Of a stretch of DNA of 64,000 nt, positions 26,086 through 40,572 are shown one piece after another; positions within the stretch are counted from its first letter, which is position 1; each line of letters opens with the position of its first letter. The stretch spans positions 27,156,001 to 27,220,000 of the forward strand of contig OZ024758.1 in NCBI GenBank assembly GCA_964016885.1. Direction: 5' to 3'. The DNA comes from Eledone cirrhosa (taxonomy: Eukaryota). The notes under the pieces are model-generated. The model made no database searches. It was given only the letters and a program-made list of their open reading frames with translations, and was not told the origin of the DNA. A program made the position numbers and the translations under genes.

Positions 26086-26088
<3 letters not shown>
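24493..26088. mobile_element. Two diverged copies of a ~535-bp (TA)n-embedded element; the second has a ~95-bp terminal direct repeat
   Basis: 24493-25070 resembles 25458-25992; 25458-25553 is repeated at 25993-26088. Confidence 0.7.
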
Positions 26089-26130
<42 letters not shown>

Positions 26131-26134
<4 letters not shown>

Positions 26135-26225
26135 GGAGGTGAGTTTTATTGTAGTACAATAAAGCAATGCAGATATCGGATAAGAAGCACTCTACAGTTT
26201 GTAGGACTGGAGTATACATAATATA
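26131..26225 (-). mobile_element. Solo family-A tail in (TA)n
   Basis: Identical to 2810-2905. Confidence 0.8.
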
Positions 26226-26230
26226 ATATA

Positions 26231-26263
<33 letters not shown>

Positions 26264-26267
<4 letters not shown>

Positions 26268-26361
26268 GATGTCCCAAAAATGTATACACACTTCAACAGC
26301 ATTCCAATAAATATTGCCTGCACAGGTAATCAAAGTGTGTATACATTTCGGGGGGACACCT

Positions 26362-26363
<2 letters not shown>
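26264..26363. mobile_element. Tc1/mariner-type MITE
   Basis: caggatgtcccaaaaatgtatacacac ... gtgtgtatacatttcgggggacaccttg. Confidence 0.7.
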
Positions 26364-26394
<31 letters not shown>

Positions 26395-27419
26395 CTGTGT
26401 GTGTATTTATGTATGCATGTATATAAGTTTAATAAATATTTACCCCTTTAATTGATACTGTTTTGAAAATATTTATAGCATAGTATAAGCAAAATAAACT
26501 GCGATGCTGGTGTTTCACTTATCTTATGTGTGAGTTTAATATCAAAATTTCTTCAAATGAGGAGAGAAAAATATTCACTTATGTAAACAATTTGTAAAAG
26601 CTTCACTCACTTACATTTACATAGTAACTAGTAATATTCACTTTATATAAACTTCAAGAAAGTCATGAGTGTTAACCACTTTTTGACATTTTCCTCAAAT
26701 GAAAACAATTTTCCTAATCGATATTTCAGCCGCTTAAAACATAGATAACAATTTTAGAAGGTCATAAGTTCATTCACTCTACTATATTATAGTCGTTTTT
26801 AAGAAAGTGTAAACAAAATATAATCTGTCTGTGTTTACATTTATGCATATTTTATTAGCGAAATAAGCTAGCAAAATATACCAAAATATACTTTAGAGGA
26901 AACTGGCTCAAATATAATTAATATATTTTTGTTTCGATGACGGAAAAGTTATATTCAATGGAAACCTAAAACAGGAAAACTGGGAATTAATTATTTCAGA
27001 CATTTCATAAAAGTATTATTTATCACAAAAACATAAAAATATACAATGTACTATACTGAAACGTTAAGTAATATTGGATATTCCGAAGTAACAAATATAT
27101 CCCATTCTCAAGAATATTAAGAAAGCCTTTTAGTTTATGAAATCAACATGAGAATTTTTAATTAAATCCTTTACATGTTTGCGCAAGGAACTTATCATTA
27201 AAATTTCTATTAGTGTTGTTTTTTAATGAATAACATAATTAAATTGCTATTATTGTTGTTGTTTAATGTAATTAAATCTTCAAATCCAATAATTTCACAC
27301 TGTTTCTTAAATCTGGACAACATCAAAGTTCCAACATTGAAATTAAGATTAAACTTTATAGTGCAATACTTTTGTTAATCAATAGTTCTGTATGTTTGTG
27401 AATAAAACATGGAAGACAT

Positions 27420-27700
27420 TCCACGAACATTGCATATTGAACATTATCAAGGTCACCTAGCAAGATAAAGTTACACACGAAGAAATTCACTTACAAAGGA
27501 AGTTCTAGCCGCTTGCAAATTACCGTGAACAGCATGGACTGTGTCTGCAAAGGCTGCCTGGGTTGCGCGGTTTGTCTGGTTTGTTGGTGGACCACATTTC
27601 TGCGCCTGCAAGCCACTCATAGACACGGGGGAATGGAAAATTGAAAAAGGGCCGCTCTAAGAACATCTGATACCAAACATTCCTGAAGAACTTATTCAGA
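27420..27700 (+). pseudogene. Highly degraded RTE-type LINE fragment
   Basis: Remnant motifs by eye (LNI..DKVT.EE, RF.G, GR) broken by frameshifts. Confidence 0.3.
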
Positions 27701-27779
27701 TATTTCTTTGTTAATACAGTGAACTCATAAACATCACATACATAGACTGTGAATGTAAAAGATAGACAGTTCTCTACAT

Positions 27780-28929
27780 CAGTGGTTCCAAAACAGGGTT
27801 ACGCCGAGGAGTGTCTGGGATTCCGTGAAAAAAGGTAGAGGAGTATATTTATATAATTGTTTCTACTTTTGGCACAAGGCCAGCAATCACCCAGTGCATT
27901 ACTGGTACTTTATTTTATCGACCCCGTCAGGATGAAAGGCAAAGTTAACCTCGGCGGGATTTGAACTCAGAATGGCAAGGGCCGTAACTCTATGCGTCAA
28001 AGCATGGCGTCCGACCCTCTACCGATACTGCCAATCCACCGCCCTCAGTTATATAATTGTTTCTACGTTAGGCACAAGGCCAGCAATTATCCCAGTGCAT
28101 TACTGGTACTTTATTTTATCGACCCCGTAAGGATGAAAGGCAAAGTTAACCTCGGCGGGATTTGAACTCAGAATGGCAAGGGCCGTAACTCTATGCGTCA
28201 AAGCATGGCGTCCGACCCTCTACCGATACTGCCAATCCACCGCCCTCAGTTATATAATTGTTTCTACGTTAGGCACAAGGCCAGCAATTACCCAGTACAT
28301 TACTGGTACTTTATTTTATCGACCCCGTAAGGATGAAAGGCAAAGTTAACCTCGGCGGGATTTGAACTCAGAATGGCAAGGGCCGTAACTCTATGCGTCA
28401 AAGCATGGCGTCCGACCCTCTACCGATACTGCCAATCCACCGCCCTCAGTTATATAATTGTTTCTACGTTAGGCACAAGGCCAGCAATTATCCCAGTGCA
28501 TTACTGGTACTTTATTTTATCGACCCCGTAAGGATGAAAGGCAAAGTTAACCTCGGCGGGATTTGAACTCAGAATGGCAAGGGCCGTAACTCTATGCGTC
28601 AAAGCATGGCGTCCGACCCTCTACCGATACTGCCAATCCACCGCCCTCAGTTATATAATTGTTTCTACGTGAGGCACAAGGCCAGCAATTACCCAGTGCA
28701 TTACTGGTACTTTATTTTATCGACCCCGTAAGGATGAAAGGCAAAGTTAACCTCGGCGGGATTTGAACTTAGAATGGCAAGGGCCGTAACTCTATGCGTC
28801 AAAGCATGGCGTCCGACCCTCTCCCAACACTGCCAATGACCATATAACAGTATTAGAATTTCGGGTTCCCTTCTAAGTTTCTGAACCAAAAAAAGGGTTC
28901 AGCGTTTGAAAAAAGTTTAATAAACCCTG
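27780..28929. mobile_element. hAT MITE hosting the SINE array
   Basis: cagtggttccaaaac ... gtttaataaaccctg; 8-bp TSD ctctacat/atctacat. Confidence 0.6.
27853..28837 (-). repeat. Five tandem SINE copies (period 200/201 bp)
   Basis: Units start at 27853, 28053, 28254, 28454, 28655; linker ctcagttat. Confidence 0.95.
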
Positions 28930-29242
28930 ATCTACATGATCACTCAACCTATACTAACACATCTACGATTCATCAATATTGTATCATGGAGCCACGGGAT
29001 ACATCATTAATGCTGTATCCTGTTGTATCCTATACATGATTGGGTGCTCGGGGGGTGTCTTAAAGCACCCTCATACATGTGACCAGACTAAGGTTGATCA
29101 AACCTCAGCTTATGTTCAAGTGGCATTTTATTGACCTCACCGTTCACACTAGAACGCCCCCACATCATAGGGCTCCGCCCGGGTTGAGGAGCAAGAAATA
29201 CGGTTGCTTGCATTGCAAAAATAGCCAAACTTCCGCCAAGTT

Positions 29243-31160
29243 ACACACACACACACACACTGCCCCCCCCCCCCTCACACTGTACCCCCACACCACCACC
29301 ACACACACACTGTACCCCCCCCCACATTCTCACTCCCCCCACAGTCACACTGCCCCCACCCACCCCACACACATTCACACTGTCCTCCCACACGCACACA
29401 TTCACACTGTCCCCCCCACACATACACTCACACTTTCCCCACACACATTCACGCTCACAATGTCCTCCCCCCCCGACACACACTCACATTAACACTGTTC
29501 CCACACACATTCACACTCACAATGACCCCCCCCCCCCCCCCTCCGACACTCACACTCACACATTAACACTGTCTCCCCACACACACACTCACTTACACAT
29601 TCACACTGCCCCCCCCCCCACAAAAACACTCACACTGTCCCCCCACATACACACTCACACATTCACACTATCCCCCACCCCACACATTAACACTGTCCCC
29701 CCACTCACACTCACACTGTCCCCACACACCCACCCCCACTCACACATGTATATATATGCTAAAACGTTATCTCTAAGATAATGTATTATAAGTTCATGTG
29801 TTTGTCTGTATAAGTGTATGTGTGAATGTGTGTGTGTACGTGTGTACGTGCGAATGTGTGTGTATATGTGTGAGAGTGCGAACGTGCGTGTGTGTATGTG
29901 TGAGTGTATGTGTGAGAGTGTCAGTGTGTTTGTGTGAGAGTGCCAATGTGTGTGTATGTGTGAGTGTGCGAATGTGTGTGTGAATGTGTGAGTGTATGTG
30001 TGAGTGTGTGAATGTGTGAGTGTATGTGTGAGAGTGCCAATGTGTGTGTGTTTGTGTGAGTGTGCCAATGTGTGTGTGTTTGTGTGAGTATGCCAATGTG
30101 TGTGTGTTTGTGTGAGTATGCCAATGTGTGTGTGTTTGTGTTAGTATGCCAATGTGTGAGTGTGCGAATGTGTGTGTGTATGTGTGAGAGTGCGAATGTG
30201 TGTGTGAATGTGTGAGTGTATGTGTGAGAGTGCCAATGTGTGTGTGTATGTGTGAGAGTGCGAATGTGTGTGAATGTGTGAGTGTATGTGTGAGAGTGCC
30301 AATGTGTGTGTGTATGTGTGACTGTGCGACTGTGTGTGTGTATGTGTGAGTGTGCGAATGTGTGTGTGTATGTGAGAGTGCCAATGTGTGTGTATGTGTG
30401 AGAGTGCCAATGTGTGTGTGTATGTGTGACTGTGCGACTGTGTGTGTGTATGTGTGAGTGTGCGAATGTGTGTGTGGATGTGAGAGTGCCAATGTGTGTG
30501 TATGTGTGAGAGTGCCAATGTGTGTGTGTATGTGTGAGTGTGCCAATGTGTGTGTGTGTGAGAGTGCCAATGTGTGTGTATGTGTGAGAGTGCCAATGTG
30601 TGTGTGTATGTGTGAGAGTGCCAATGTGTGTGTATGTGTGAGTGTGCGAATGTGTGTGTGTATGTGCGAGAGTGCCAATGTGTGTGTGTATGTGTGAGAG
30701 TGCCAGTGTGTGTGTATGTGTGAGAGTGCCAGTGTGTGTGTATGTGTGAGAGTGCCAGTGTGTGTGTGAATGTGTGTGTGTATGTGTGAGAATGCGAATA
30801 TGTGAGTGTATGTGTGAGAGTGCGAATGTGTGTGTATGTGTGTGTGTGTATGTGTGAGAGTGCCAATGTGTGTGTATGTGCGAGAGTGCCAATGTGTGTG
30901 TGAATGTGTGAGTGTATGTGTGAGTGTGCCAGTGTGTGTGTATGTGTGAGAGTGCGAATGTGTGTGTGAATGTGTGAGTGTATGTGTGAGAGTGCCAATG
31001 TGTGTGTATGTGTGAGAGTGCCAATGTGTGTGTGCCAGTGTGTGTGTATGTGTGAGAGTGCCAATGTGTGTGTATGTGTGAGTGTGCCAATGTGTGTGTG
31101 AATGTGTGAGTGTATGTGTGAGAGTGCCAATGTGTGTGTATGTGTGAGTGTGTGTATGTG
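29243..31160. repeat. Complex CA/TG-derived satellite (gagtgccaat / gagtgcgaat punctuated)
   Basis: Direct reading. Confidence 0.9.
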
Positions 31161-31249
31161 TAGTTATATACTTGCACTTATAAACCTCCTCATGTAATGT
31201 CTAACAGTATATAAACATGCATTTCAAAGAGATAGCGTAAGACTGAAAC

Positions 31250-32062
31250 TCACTCACACCAACGCACACACTTACACACGCACGCACACACTCACACACG
31301 CAAGCATACACACACACACGCAAGCATACACACACACACACTCACATGCACGCACACATACACTCACGCATACACTCACACATATACACACACGCACACA
31401 CACACGCATACACACATACGCTCACACAAACACTCACATGCACGCACGCACATATACACACATGCTGAGAAATATACTCAGGAACGCACACACATATACA
31501 CACGCACACATCCACACATACTGAGAGATATACTGATAAACGCACACACATCCACACATACGAGAGATACTGGCTCATAGACACGCATACATACATACAC
31601 ACACACCCACATACACATACTGAGAGATACAGGCTCATAGACACGCATACATACACACACACACAGACACAATCACACACATCCACACATACTGAGAGAT
31701 ACAGGCTCATAGACACGCATACATACATACACACACACCCACATACACATACTGAGAGATACAGGCTCATAGACACGCATACATACACACACACACAGAC
31801 ACAATCACACACATCCACACATACTGAGAGATACAGGCTCATAGACACGCATACATACACACACACACACACACATCCACACATACTGAGAGATACAGGC
31901 TCATAGCCACGCATACATACATACACACACACAATCACACACACATCCACACATACTGAGAGATACAGGCTCATAGACACGCATACATACACACACACAC
32001 ACACACAGACACAATCACACACATCCACACATACTGAGAGATACAGGCTCATAGACACGCAT

Positions 32063-32116
<54 letters not shown>

Positions 32117-32245
32117 CCACACATACTGAGAGATACTGGCTCATAGACACGCATACATACATACACACACACCCACATACACATACACATACTGAGAGAT
32201 ACAGGCTCATAGACACGCATACATACACACACACACACACACACG

Positions 32246-32296
<51 letters not shown>

Positions 32297-32428
32297 CCAC
32301 ACATACTGAGAGATACAGGCTCATAGACACGCATATATACATACACAGACACAATCACACACATCCACACATACTGAGAGATACAGGCTGATAGCCACGC
32401 ATACATACACACACACACACAATCACAC
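31250..32428. repeat. Minisatellite catactgagagatacaggctcatagacacg with variable (CA)n
   Basis: About 14 units of variable length. Confidence 0.9.
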
Positions 32429-32449
32429 GCTCAAGCACATCTCTTCAAT

Positions 32450-32900
32450 CACAATAAAAGTCACAGATGACCAGTCGGTATTTGAGTCAAAGGATCTTCT
32501 GAAGTACATTTGTATCAGGCTTTGACGTAACTGTCGGCTAAATACTTTGATGTGGGCATCTTGCTACTTTAAAATTAATCAGGTGTCGATAACAACATTC
32601 CAAGTAAACGGTTTACAGGGGAATGTTGGTTGTATTTGGAGTCAACAGTGGCTAATATTCACCATAGTCTGTTGTTACTGAAACAAACAGAAATCTAGTT
32701 AATCTCTTTGCGTGTCGATTAGTTACTATGACAACGTTTAAAGCATCTGTTTCAACGTCTTATAAAAGGCAAGACTTTCAATTGTACAATTTCAATAGAA
32801 GGAAATATAACTTTTCACTTCTTTGTTCATGTTGAATAGTAGTAATAGCAAGAACGAAATCAATATCTTTGAAGTTACAAGGTCCTTTCATAAACTTCTG
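32450..32900 (-). pseudogene. Possible degraded pogo/Tigger transposase
   Basis: Minus-strand LTPNTTN resembles the LPPNTT motif; otherwise heavily decayed. Confidence 0.25.
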
Positions 32901-33390
32901 TTGGTGTGCTGATTAAAGCTAATTTAATGAACCGCCGTCAATTAACCGCCTCGCGTTTTATGCTCAATAGATATTAGAAACATTGATACGTGTTGTTGTT
33001 GTAGTCGTCGTCGTTGTTGTCGTTGTCGTTGTAGTTGTCGCCGACGTCGTCGTTGTTATTTAAGCAGGCCTCTGATCAAAAAGCATTCTAGTTGTAAAGA
33101 CTACGATTTCTTTTTCAAAGTGTATCTAGTAACACTTTATCCAAGTAATCTTTTTTTAATGTTTATTGAGGGAAGTTTGGCTGTTATTTTAGTAGGCAAA
33201 ACGAGCACGAAGAGGATATATCTTCGTCGTTGCCTGAAATTATTTAAATTTTTATATATTATATCTTTTTATATATTGAGATGTAAAAACATATAAATTC
33301 ATGAATAGGGAATTCATTTCTGAAACTGCATGAAACGGGAGATATCCTTTAGTCGGAAAATTAAGTATTAATTCAATAAAAGCAGTGTTT

Positions 33391-33467
<77 letters not shown>
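33391..33467 (+). repeat. (CAG)n
   Basis: About 25 units. Confidence 0.95.
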
Positions 33468-33662
33468 CGTGATTACTATAAAATATTCGATAGACACAAT
33501 TACTGTAAACTGATGTCACAATGTAAGAATGGTCCTTCTGAAATTTCCTGTTGAGATGTCGAATCCATGATTCCATTTCACTTCATTTTCGCGTGTGTGG
33601 GGGGAGGGGGGAGGTCTCCCTCGTTACCAGCGACCACATAGAGCCCCAAACTGTCCTGTGAG

Positions 33663-33801
33663 CAGTGCCAGATTTACCATTGTGCTTAGTAGTGCTTAAG
33701 CCCATTTTCCTGCCCCCAAACTTTTTATTTCCTTCAGGGCCAAGTAAGGGGCCTCATAACCAAACTAGCACATTGCCTCATTTATTCTAAATCCAGCACT
33801 G
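33663..33801. mobile_element. hAT MITE
   Basis: cagtgccagattta / taaatccagcactg; TSD cctgtgag/cctgtaag; relative at 34642-34809. Confidence 0.7.
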
Positions 33802-33899
33802 CCTGTAAGTTTTTCTGGTGATAAAAGTATGTCAAGGGTGATGGGTGTCTAACAGCTAGTCTGGTTCTATCTCAAATGAAAAGCTTCCAAAAAGATATT

Positions 33900-34561
33900 A
33901 TAAATACAATCAATAACCCACAACGATACTGATAAAAGTATTATTATGCAACAGTTCCTCGGATGGACATTAAATAAAGCCACACACTTCATAGTTGTTT
34001 GTACGGTTATTAGTATTTCTGTTGTGCACATTTCACGTCAAATGGGGTAACTGCCGTTAAAGAACTTACTGTTAATATACAGGATGAAGCCTTGAAACTC
34101 CAGTTATAATGGAACCTGATACATTTTTGAAAGCGTTCATGTCTCCGATTTGTTCCAGGTAGCCCTAACGCCCACGGGGACTGGCAGAATTTGAAGTAGC
34201 AGCCATTACCACTGACCGTTGGAGACTCAGTTTCCATAGCAGTAATGACTGCTTTAAACCACCCTGTTTGACTGTTATCTATCTTCAGAACTGTGTCTGA
34301 TCTCTCTATTTAGGGTTTGTAGCAATTGGCGGTAATAGCCGATGGTTTTTTTTTGGTTTTTTTTTTCGTGAAAAGGGTTGTCACAAAAAGGAGAACTCTT
34401 TTCCAGTAGTTTCCAAGAATTCTGAAGAATTGATTGTAAGGTGATGGACATGTTCGCAAAGTATCGTTCATATACACCTCGCGACAATGTTGAATCCTCC
34501 ATAAATTCACGTCTGTAGCTAATACAGCATTCGGCCCGTGGACCGCAGTTTGCCCACGACT
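33900..34561 (-). pseudogene. Possible hAT (Charlie/GTF2IRD2-like) transposase remnant
   Basis: hAT-like end ggcccgtggaccgcagtttgcccac; PFDVKCA... resembles the region before the dimerisation domain. Confidence 0.3.
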
Positions 34562-35027
34562 AACATAAACAGATGCTTATCAGTAGATATAAATCAAAAG
34601 CTCCCCCTCCCCACACATACACACATTGGTACTGTTTAATTGCAGTGCCAGATTTAGGACAGATGAGGCCCTGTGCTAATTAAGTTATGAGGCCTCAAAC
34701 ATTTGAAAGATTCATCGTAAATAATTTTTTTTGTCCCCCCCCCCCCCCCCCCCGACTAACGAGGCCCTGTGCTTAAGCATACCTAAGCCCAATGGTAAAT
34801 CCGGCACTATTGCAGTTAACATTTTCATTAAACAGATCTATATTCCTTTTATATTTTCATGTAGAAAAATAAAACACATGCCCACATTCAAATGCAGTCA
34901 TGATTCAAATGTAACAAGAACCTCTCATGTGGCAATGCATTGGTTCATTGTCCATCTATTCCCACATAGGTAGATACCCGAGTTATTAATGGGGTTTGCT
35001 ATTGTTTACAGTCACATGATTCTGCTT

Positions 35028-35177
35028 GGAAGCATAGAGTTGTGGCCCTTTACGTTCTGAGTTCAAATCCCGCCAAGGTTAGCTTTGCCTTCCGGGGTCG
35101 ATAAAATAAAGCACCAGTAATGCACTGGGGGGGGGGGGGGGTAATTGCTGGCCTTGTGCCAAAAGTAGAAACAATTA
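35028..35177 (+). mobile_element. tRNA-SINE copy
   Basis: Family consensus with a poly-G expansion. Confidence 0.8.
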
Positions 35178-36049
35178 TTCAGTATTGTCTATTGTCCTTC
35201 GTGAATATCATACAGTCTAGAAAACCAAACACAACCCCCGTCTGATGAAAAAGTCCTCTAATTTTAGTTATAAAATAAATCTTGAAAAACTCATGTTTTA
35301 CTTTTCGCACTAACAGCCTTTTGCTCAGAATTCTATTTAAAGTTTAGTCTTATATACAAGGGAAACTCTGTTATAACGAAATGTAATACATAAGAATAGA
35401 ATTTACCCATTTGTTTTGCGTGCATTTTTTTAACCCACTAACTTTTTAAATATAGAGTTTCTTTTAAAGAGGGTTTTGGATTTTTAAGTTTTTAACATCA
35501 GAATATGAAAACAATCGCATACGAATAGAGAAATAAATGTTTTTCATTTTTGTAAAATCAGAAAGTGATTATGGTCAGAAGATTTACAGCTGCAGTATTT
35601 TGACATTGTGGTTTAAATCAGAGATTTATGGCAATCATAGTTAAAGAGTATTAGTTTTCAAAGTAATCTGTCCTAATTAGTATTGTACTGTTTCACGTTG
35701 TACGATTGTACAATTCTGCTGTTTCAGATTAAGTTTATTAAAGATACAGATGTAATTACAAAGGCAAACAAAACTAAATGTACTAGACAGTTAATGGAAT
35801 ATATGAACAGTGTGTGTGTGTGTGTGTGTGCGTGTGTGTGCGAGTGTGTCTGTGTGTGCGCGTGTCTGTGTGTGTGTGTGTGTGCATGTGTCTGTGTTTT
35901 CGACCTCCGTCAGTTCTGTTGAAGAGTGTTCCAGTTGTTCAGTCAGAGGAATAGCCTACTCGAGAAATTAATATGCAAGCTGGTCGAGCACTCCATAAAC
36001 ACGTGTATCCTTCTTCAAGGGGAGGGAATTCGAACTAAGATTGAAGGGT

Positions 36050-36325
36050 GCCGAAGCACATCTCTCTTTCTGTCTCTCTCTGATCGATCGACAACATCCC
36101 AAAGCTCATTCGCTTGCCGAGTGGGGTGAACCTTGTCAAATCGGATCAAAGAAACAATGGCCTTTCCATTGCTGATACTATCTCCTGGTCGCAACTCCTG
36201 GTAGAAGCAGAAACGTCAAATAAGGTGTCTTGCGCAAAGGACACAACGCATCACCCGGTCTGGAATTGAGCTCACAACCTCACGATTGCGAATCCTACTC
36301 TCTAACCACTATGCCATGCGCCTTC
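36050..36325 (-). mobile_element. CORE-type SINE
   Basis: Homologous to 23025-23245. Confidence 0.65.
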
Positions 36326-36643
36326 GCGCAATATGTACTTCTTGCGTATCAGAGTGTGGCTGTGTCAGGTTGTTGTCGTTCGCTTGATCGAGATTAGTTA
36401 CCAGAGCCCACCACGAGGATGGCGACATACTTTAAAAGATTCATGAACCGAGGTTCCGCTGAGCATGTTTTTGTGTTTTTGTGTTGCTGTGTTCCCACGC
36501 AAACCCCACGTTTATCCACCATGTAACGTATTGTGTCCGCTCTGGTATATAGGTTCGTATGATGCAAATACGATCTTTGTAAAAGCATTGAGCTTATGGA
36601 AATCGGCGACCCTAGGCGATATCTAATTGTCTGGCTCGTTATC

Positions 36644-37668
<1,025 letters not shown>

Positions 37669-37884
37669 GGATAACAGGTCATCGTTATAGGCAGTCCACT
37701 TAGATGTAGTCCAGTCTTTCGCACGCTCTGATGAAAACGACTGGTTATAAACAAAGTATTGGAGATCGATTGACACAACATCAAGCGAGTAGCGGACTCT
37801 AGACCTACCCAGATCAAAGAAACAATTATCAGCAATGTGAATAAAGCCCTTATTGTATAGCAAACCATGTCACTCTTATTCTTG

Positions 37885-37957
<73 letters not shown>

Positions 37958-38103
37958 TTTAGAGTTTATGTTGGTTGTATACCAACACCTCAGTATGCAG
38001 GCTGGAGCACTCGACGAAGTGCGCAGGTTGGTTTGGTTACTCCGGAGTAGTGTAAAATAAAGTTAAATAAAAGTCAAATGATTAAAATTTAGCTTCGTTT
38101 ATT

Positions 38104-38158
38104 ACTGCTATATATATTTCAGTGACAGCCATCTTTGGCTGTGACCTCTTCAGGCAGT
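38104..38158 (-). ncRNA. Type I hammerhead ribozyme (left arm)
   Basis: Exact reverse complement of 38709-38763. Confidence 0.9.
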
Positions 38159-38708
38159 TTGAATTAGTATGGTATAGACAAGTACATATGTTGTTTAGGT
38201 GTATGATATTGTCAATACTCTGATATGCCCAGTTCCTTGTTGGGTTGTTAATTCACTGGGGAACTGTTAGCAGCAGCAAGATATAAGCTGACCACTACAA
38301 CAACAACAGTACCAAAATAATGGTGGAGGTCAAATGTACTGAACAATAGCAGGCATAAACACTACAGGGAGCCTCACCCCAGAAAGAATTCTATAGACTT
38401 CTGACTGAGGAATGCTCTCAGAACTGAACAATGGGAAGTTTGACACATTTTTTGATATTTTGTTCCTTCAACACCTTCTCCCTTCTACCATTTTATCAAT
38501 TTTTAAGCTAACTCCAACAATGACAACACTAATAACTGACCAATGAGAGGAGAAGGGGACCTGTGACACTAAAATTCGTTTGTTTGAATTTATATGACTC
38601 CAGTTCCCCAGTGAATTAACAACCCAACAAGGAACTGGGCATATCAGAGTATTGACAATATCATACACCTAAACAACATATGTACTTGTCTATACCATAC
38701 TAATTCAA

Positions 38709-38763
38709 ACTGCCTGAAGAGGTCACAGCCAAAGATGGCTGTCACTGAAATATATATAGCAGT
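38709..38763 (+). ncRNA. Type I hammerhead ribozyme
   Basis: ACTGC-CTGAAGA-[GGTCACAGCCA aaga TGGCTGTCACT]-GAA-ATATATAT-A-GCAGT. Confidence 0.9.
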
Positions 38764-38999
38764 AATAAACGAAGCTAAATTTTAATCATTTGACTTTTAT
38801 TTAACTTTATTTTATATATATATATATATATATATATTGTTTGCTGAAAATTGAAGTAAGTGACATTGTCGCTACTTTAAAACAATAGCGTAGGTTTTCA
38901 AAATGCTTTTAATTAAGCATACAGTGTATTGCAAAATACACTATATTCATATATATATCGCTATTTCAGATCACCTATTCTAATATATATATATATATA

Positions 39000-39186
39000 T
39001 TTGTTTCTACTTTAGGCACAAGGCCAGCAATTACCCAGTTCATTACTGGTACTTTATTTTATCGACCCCGTAAGGATGAAAGGCAAAGTCAACCTCGGCG
39101 GGATTTGAACTCAGATCGTAAAGGGACGTAACTATGCTGGAAAGCATGGCGTCCGAGCCTCTACCGATACTGCCAATCCACCGCCG
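39000..39186 (-). mobile_element. tRNA-derived SINE
   Basis: Full length, in a TA run. Confidence 0.9.
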
Positions 39187-39469
39187 TTATATATATATAT
39201 CGTCTTGTCATTGGGCATAAGTTATATATTGTCAGTCAATATACGACTTAATGTGTTTCTTTAATTTGTGACCCCAGAGCCCTTGCTTTTCCCTTCATTT
39301 TCCGTTTTTAAATATCTGTAGTGTTGAAATAGATTTGTTTATGATTTTTTGGATATTTATTAATAAAACGTATTTCTTAACTACTATTCACGTGACAATT
39401 TTTCTTGTAACTTTTTCCTGGTTTCAGACTTTTTCTGTGAGATCTGTTCTCATTTCATTATATTTCCAT

Positions 39470-39652
39470 TGGATTGGCAGTATCGGTAGAGAGTCGGACA
39501 CCATGCTTTCCAGCATAGTTACGTCCCTTTACGGTCTGAGTTCAAATCCCGCCGAGGTTTACTTTGCCTTTCATCCTTACGGGGTCGATAAAATAAAGTA
39601 CCAGTAATACACTGGGTAATTGCTGGCCTTGTGCCTAAAGTAGAAACAATTA
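39470..39652 (+). mobile_element. tRNA-derived SINE
   Basis: TSD attatatttccatt. Confidence 0.9.
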
Positions 39653-39762
39653 TATTTCCATTCACCCCATGCACTAGTCTTTCACATGAGAAAATTGAAA
39701 AAAAATAATTAAGCGTTAAACACAATCGGAACAAATGTTTACTATTTGTATGAGTAACAACA

Positions 39763-39945
39763 GGCGGTGGATTGGCAGTATCGGTAGAGGGTCGGACGCC
39801 ATGCTTTCCAGCATTGTTACGTCCTTTTACGGTCTGAGTTAAAATCTCGTCGAGGTTAACTTTGCCTTTCATTCTTACTGGGTCGATAAAATAAAGTACC
39901 AGTAACGTGCTGGGTATTTGCTGGCCTTGTGCCAAAAGTAGAAAC
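39763..39945 (+). mobile_element. tRNA-derived SINE
   Basis: TSD gtttactatttgtatgagtaac (1 mismatch). Confidence 0.9.
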
Positions 39946-40572
39946 GTTTACTATTTGTATGAATAACTTCCGATTTGTTTCCAAAGCACTCAAATAATTT
40001 TTCTAGAGTTATATAAAATTATATAAAAATAATAAAGAATTTAATATTTAGTCAAATATATAGAAAAAGAAAGTAGTATTGGAAAGGACTATAAATGATA
40101 TAAATGAGAGGAGAAGAATGGAAAGAGCAAGGACCCCGCGAGGTGAGGTGGCTGTTGCAGCGGGTGTGGCTGACCATTGTCCGTGGAGTGCAGCCCCATT
40201 ATCACCAAGCCCTAGTCCCAGAGCCCAATCCCCCTCTCCTCATTCTTCAATCTAAATTTTCATTTTTCTTTTTCTATTAAATTGTATTTACATGATATAT
40301 TTTTTACTTAGGATAAAGATCTTATTTAAATGAAACCCCAGTTATATCTTAAAAAGGTGTTTCTAGTAGTTTTCAAAAATAACCCATGTGACCATTTCTT
40401 TTCACGGTAAGCTTCAATTTCTATCTTATGATTTTGATATTTGTTCACTATAATATTTTACTGGTTATATTGTATACGTATATATACTAATATATATACT
40501 AATATATATACTAATATATATACTAATATATATACTAATATATATACTAATACATATACTAATATATATACT

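Larger units (their letters stand above)
37956..38814. mobile_element. Penelope-like fold-back element (family D)
   Basis: 214-bp arms at 38053-38266 / 38601-38814, tail at 37956-38052, (TA)n flanks. Confidence 0.85.

Noticed and set aside
29655-32418. Long His/Thr- and Cys/Val-rich ORFs
   Set aside because: Translations of CA/TG satellites, open in several frames
31490-32420. Constant repeat with variable spacers (CRISPR-like)
   Set aside because: The spacers are only (CA)n length variants
37728-37830. CTGATGA in a (TA)n insert
   Set aside because: No convincing stem II closing onto a GAAA
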